The translations under genes and the position numbers were made by a program. From the NCBI GenBank assembly GCA_050125095.1, contig JASFEA010000075.1, forward strand, positions 1 through 15,172: a stretch of 15,172 bases of DNA. The letters run 5' to 3'. Below the pieces are notes generated by a model. That model saw nothing but the letters and a program-made list of their open reading frames with translations. It did not search any database and was not told where the DNA came from. Of this stretch, positions 15,059-15,172 are shown piece after piece (the first letter of the stretch is position 1; each line of letters opens with the position of its first letter). This DNA comes from a bacterium (GTDB lineage: Bacteria > Arandabacterota > Arandabacteria > Arandabacterales > JALGWA01).

Positions 15059-15172
15059 ATGAACAGGGCAGCACGCCGCGTTCTTTTCCTGTGCATACTC
15101 CTCGCCGTCGCCCTCATAACATGCTCGGGAGGCGGGAAGTCGGGAGACAAATACGTTCTCAAGTACGACCGC
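15059..15172 (+). CDS. Start of a probable lipoprotein or exported protein, 3'-truncated (not in the ORF track)
   Basis: SD GGGAGG at 15047-15052 and ATG at 15059. The frame is open to the window end: MNRAARRVLFLCILLAVALIT-CSGGGKSGDKYVLKYDR. It has a basic n-region, a hydrophobic h-region, then Cys and a Gly/Ser linker. Confidence 0.75.
   Translation, partial: MNRAARRVLFLCILLAVALITCSGGGKSGDKYVLKYDR

Overview
This is GC-rich bacterial genomic DNA with no rRNA, tRNA, CRISPR array or transposase. From left to right it holds: a 5'-truncated membrane-bound spermidine-synthase-like SAM-dependent transferase with a ~100-aa acidic/Pro insert in its catalytic domain; a hairpin between convergent genes; a predicted lipoprotein of 14 tandem ~40-aa beta-propeller-like repeats with a Cys-rich tether; a divergent Asparaginase_2-family Ntn-hydrolase and a 72-aa hypothetical protein; a pair of 22-bp REP-like repeats; and a minus-strand operon of a membrane-fusion lipoprotein, two different RND permeases and a GNAT acetyltransferase, with no outer-membrane factor. 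The clearest unannotated signal lies upstream of that operon. It is a complete sigma-54-type control region: a -24/-12 promoter (TGGTATGCTTATTGCA), a consensus IHF site, and three TGACACAT boxes spaced exactly 21 bp apart. The window ends with a possible 98-aa orphan ORF and the start of another lipoprotein gene that the ORF track misses. All calls come from reading motifs by eye; no database searches were run.
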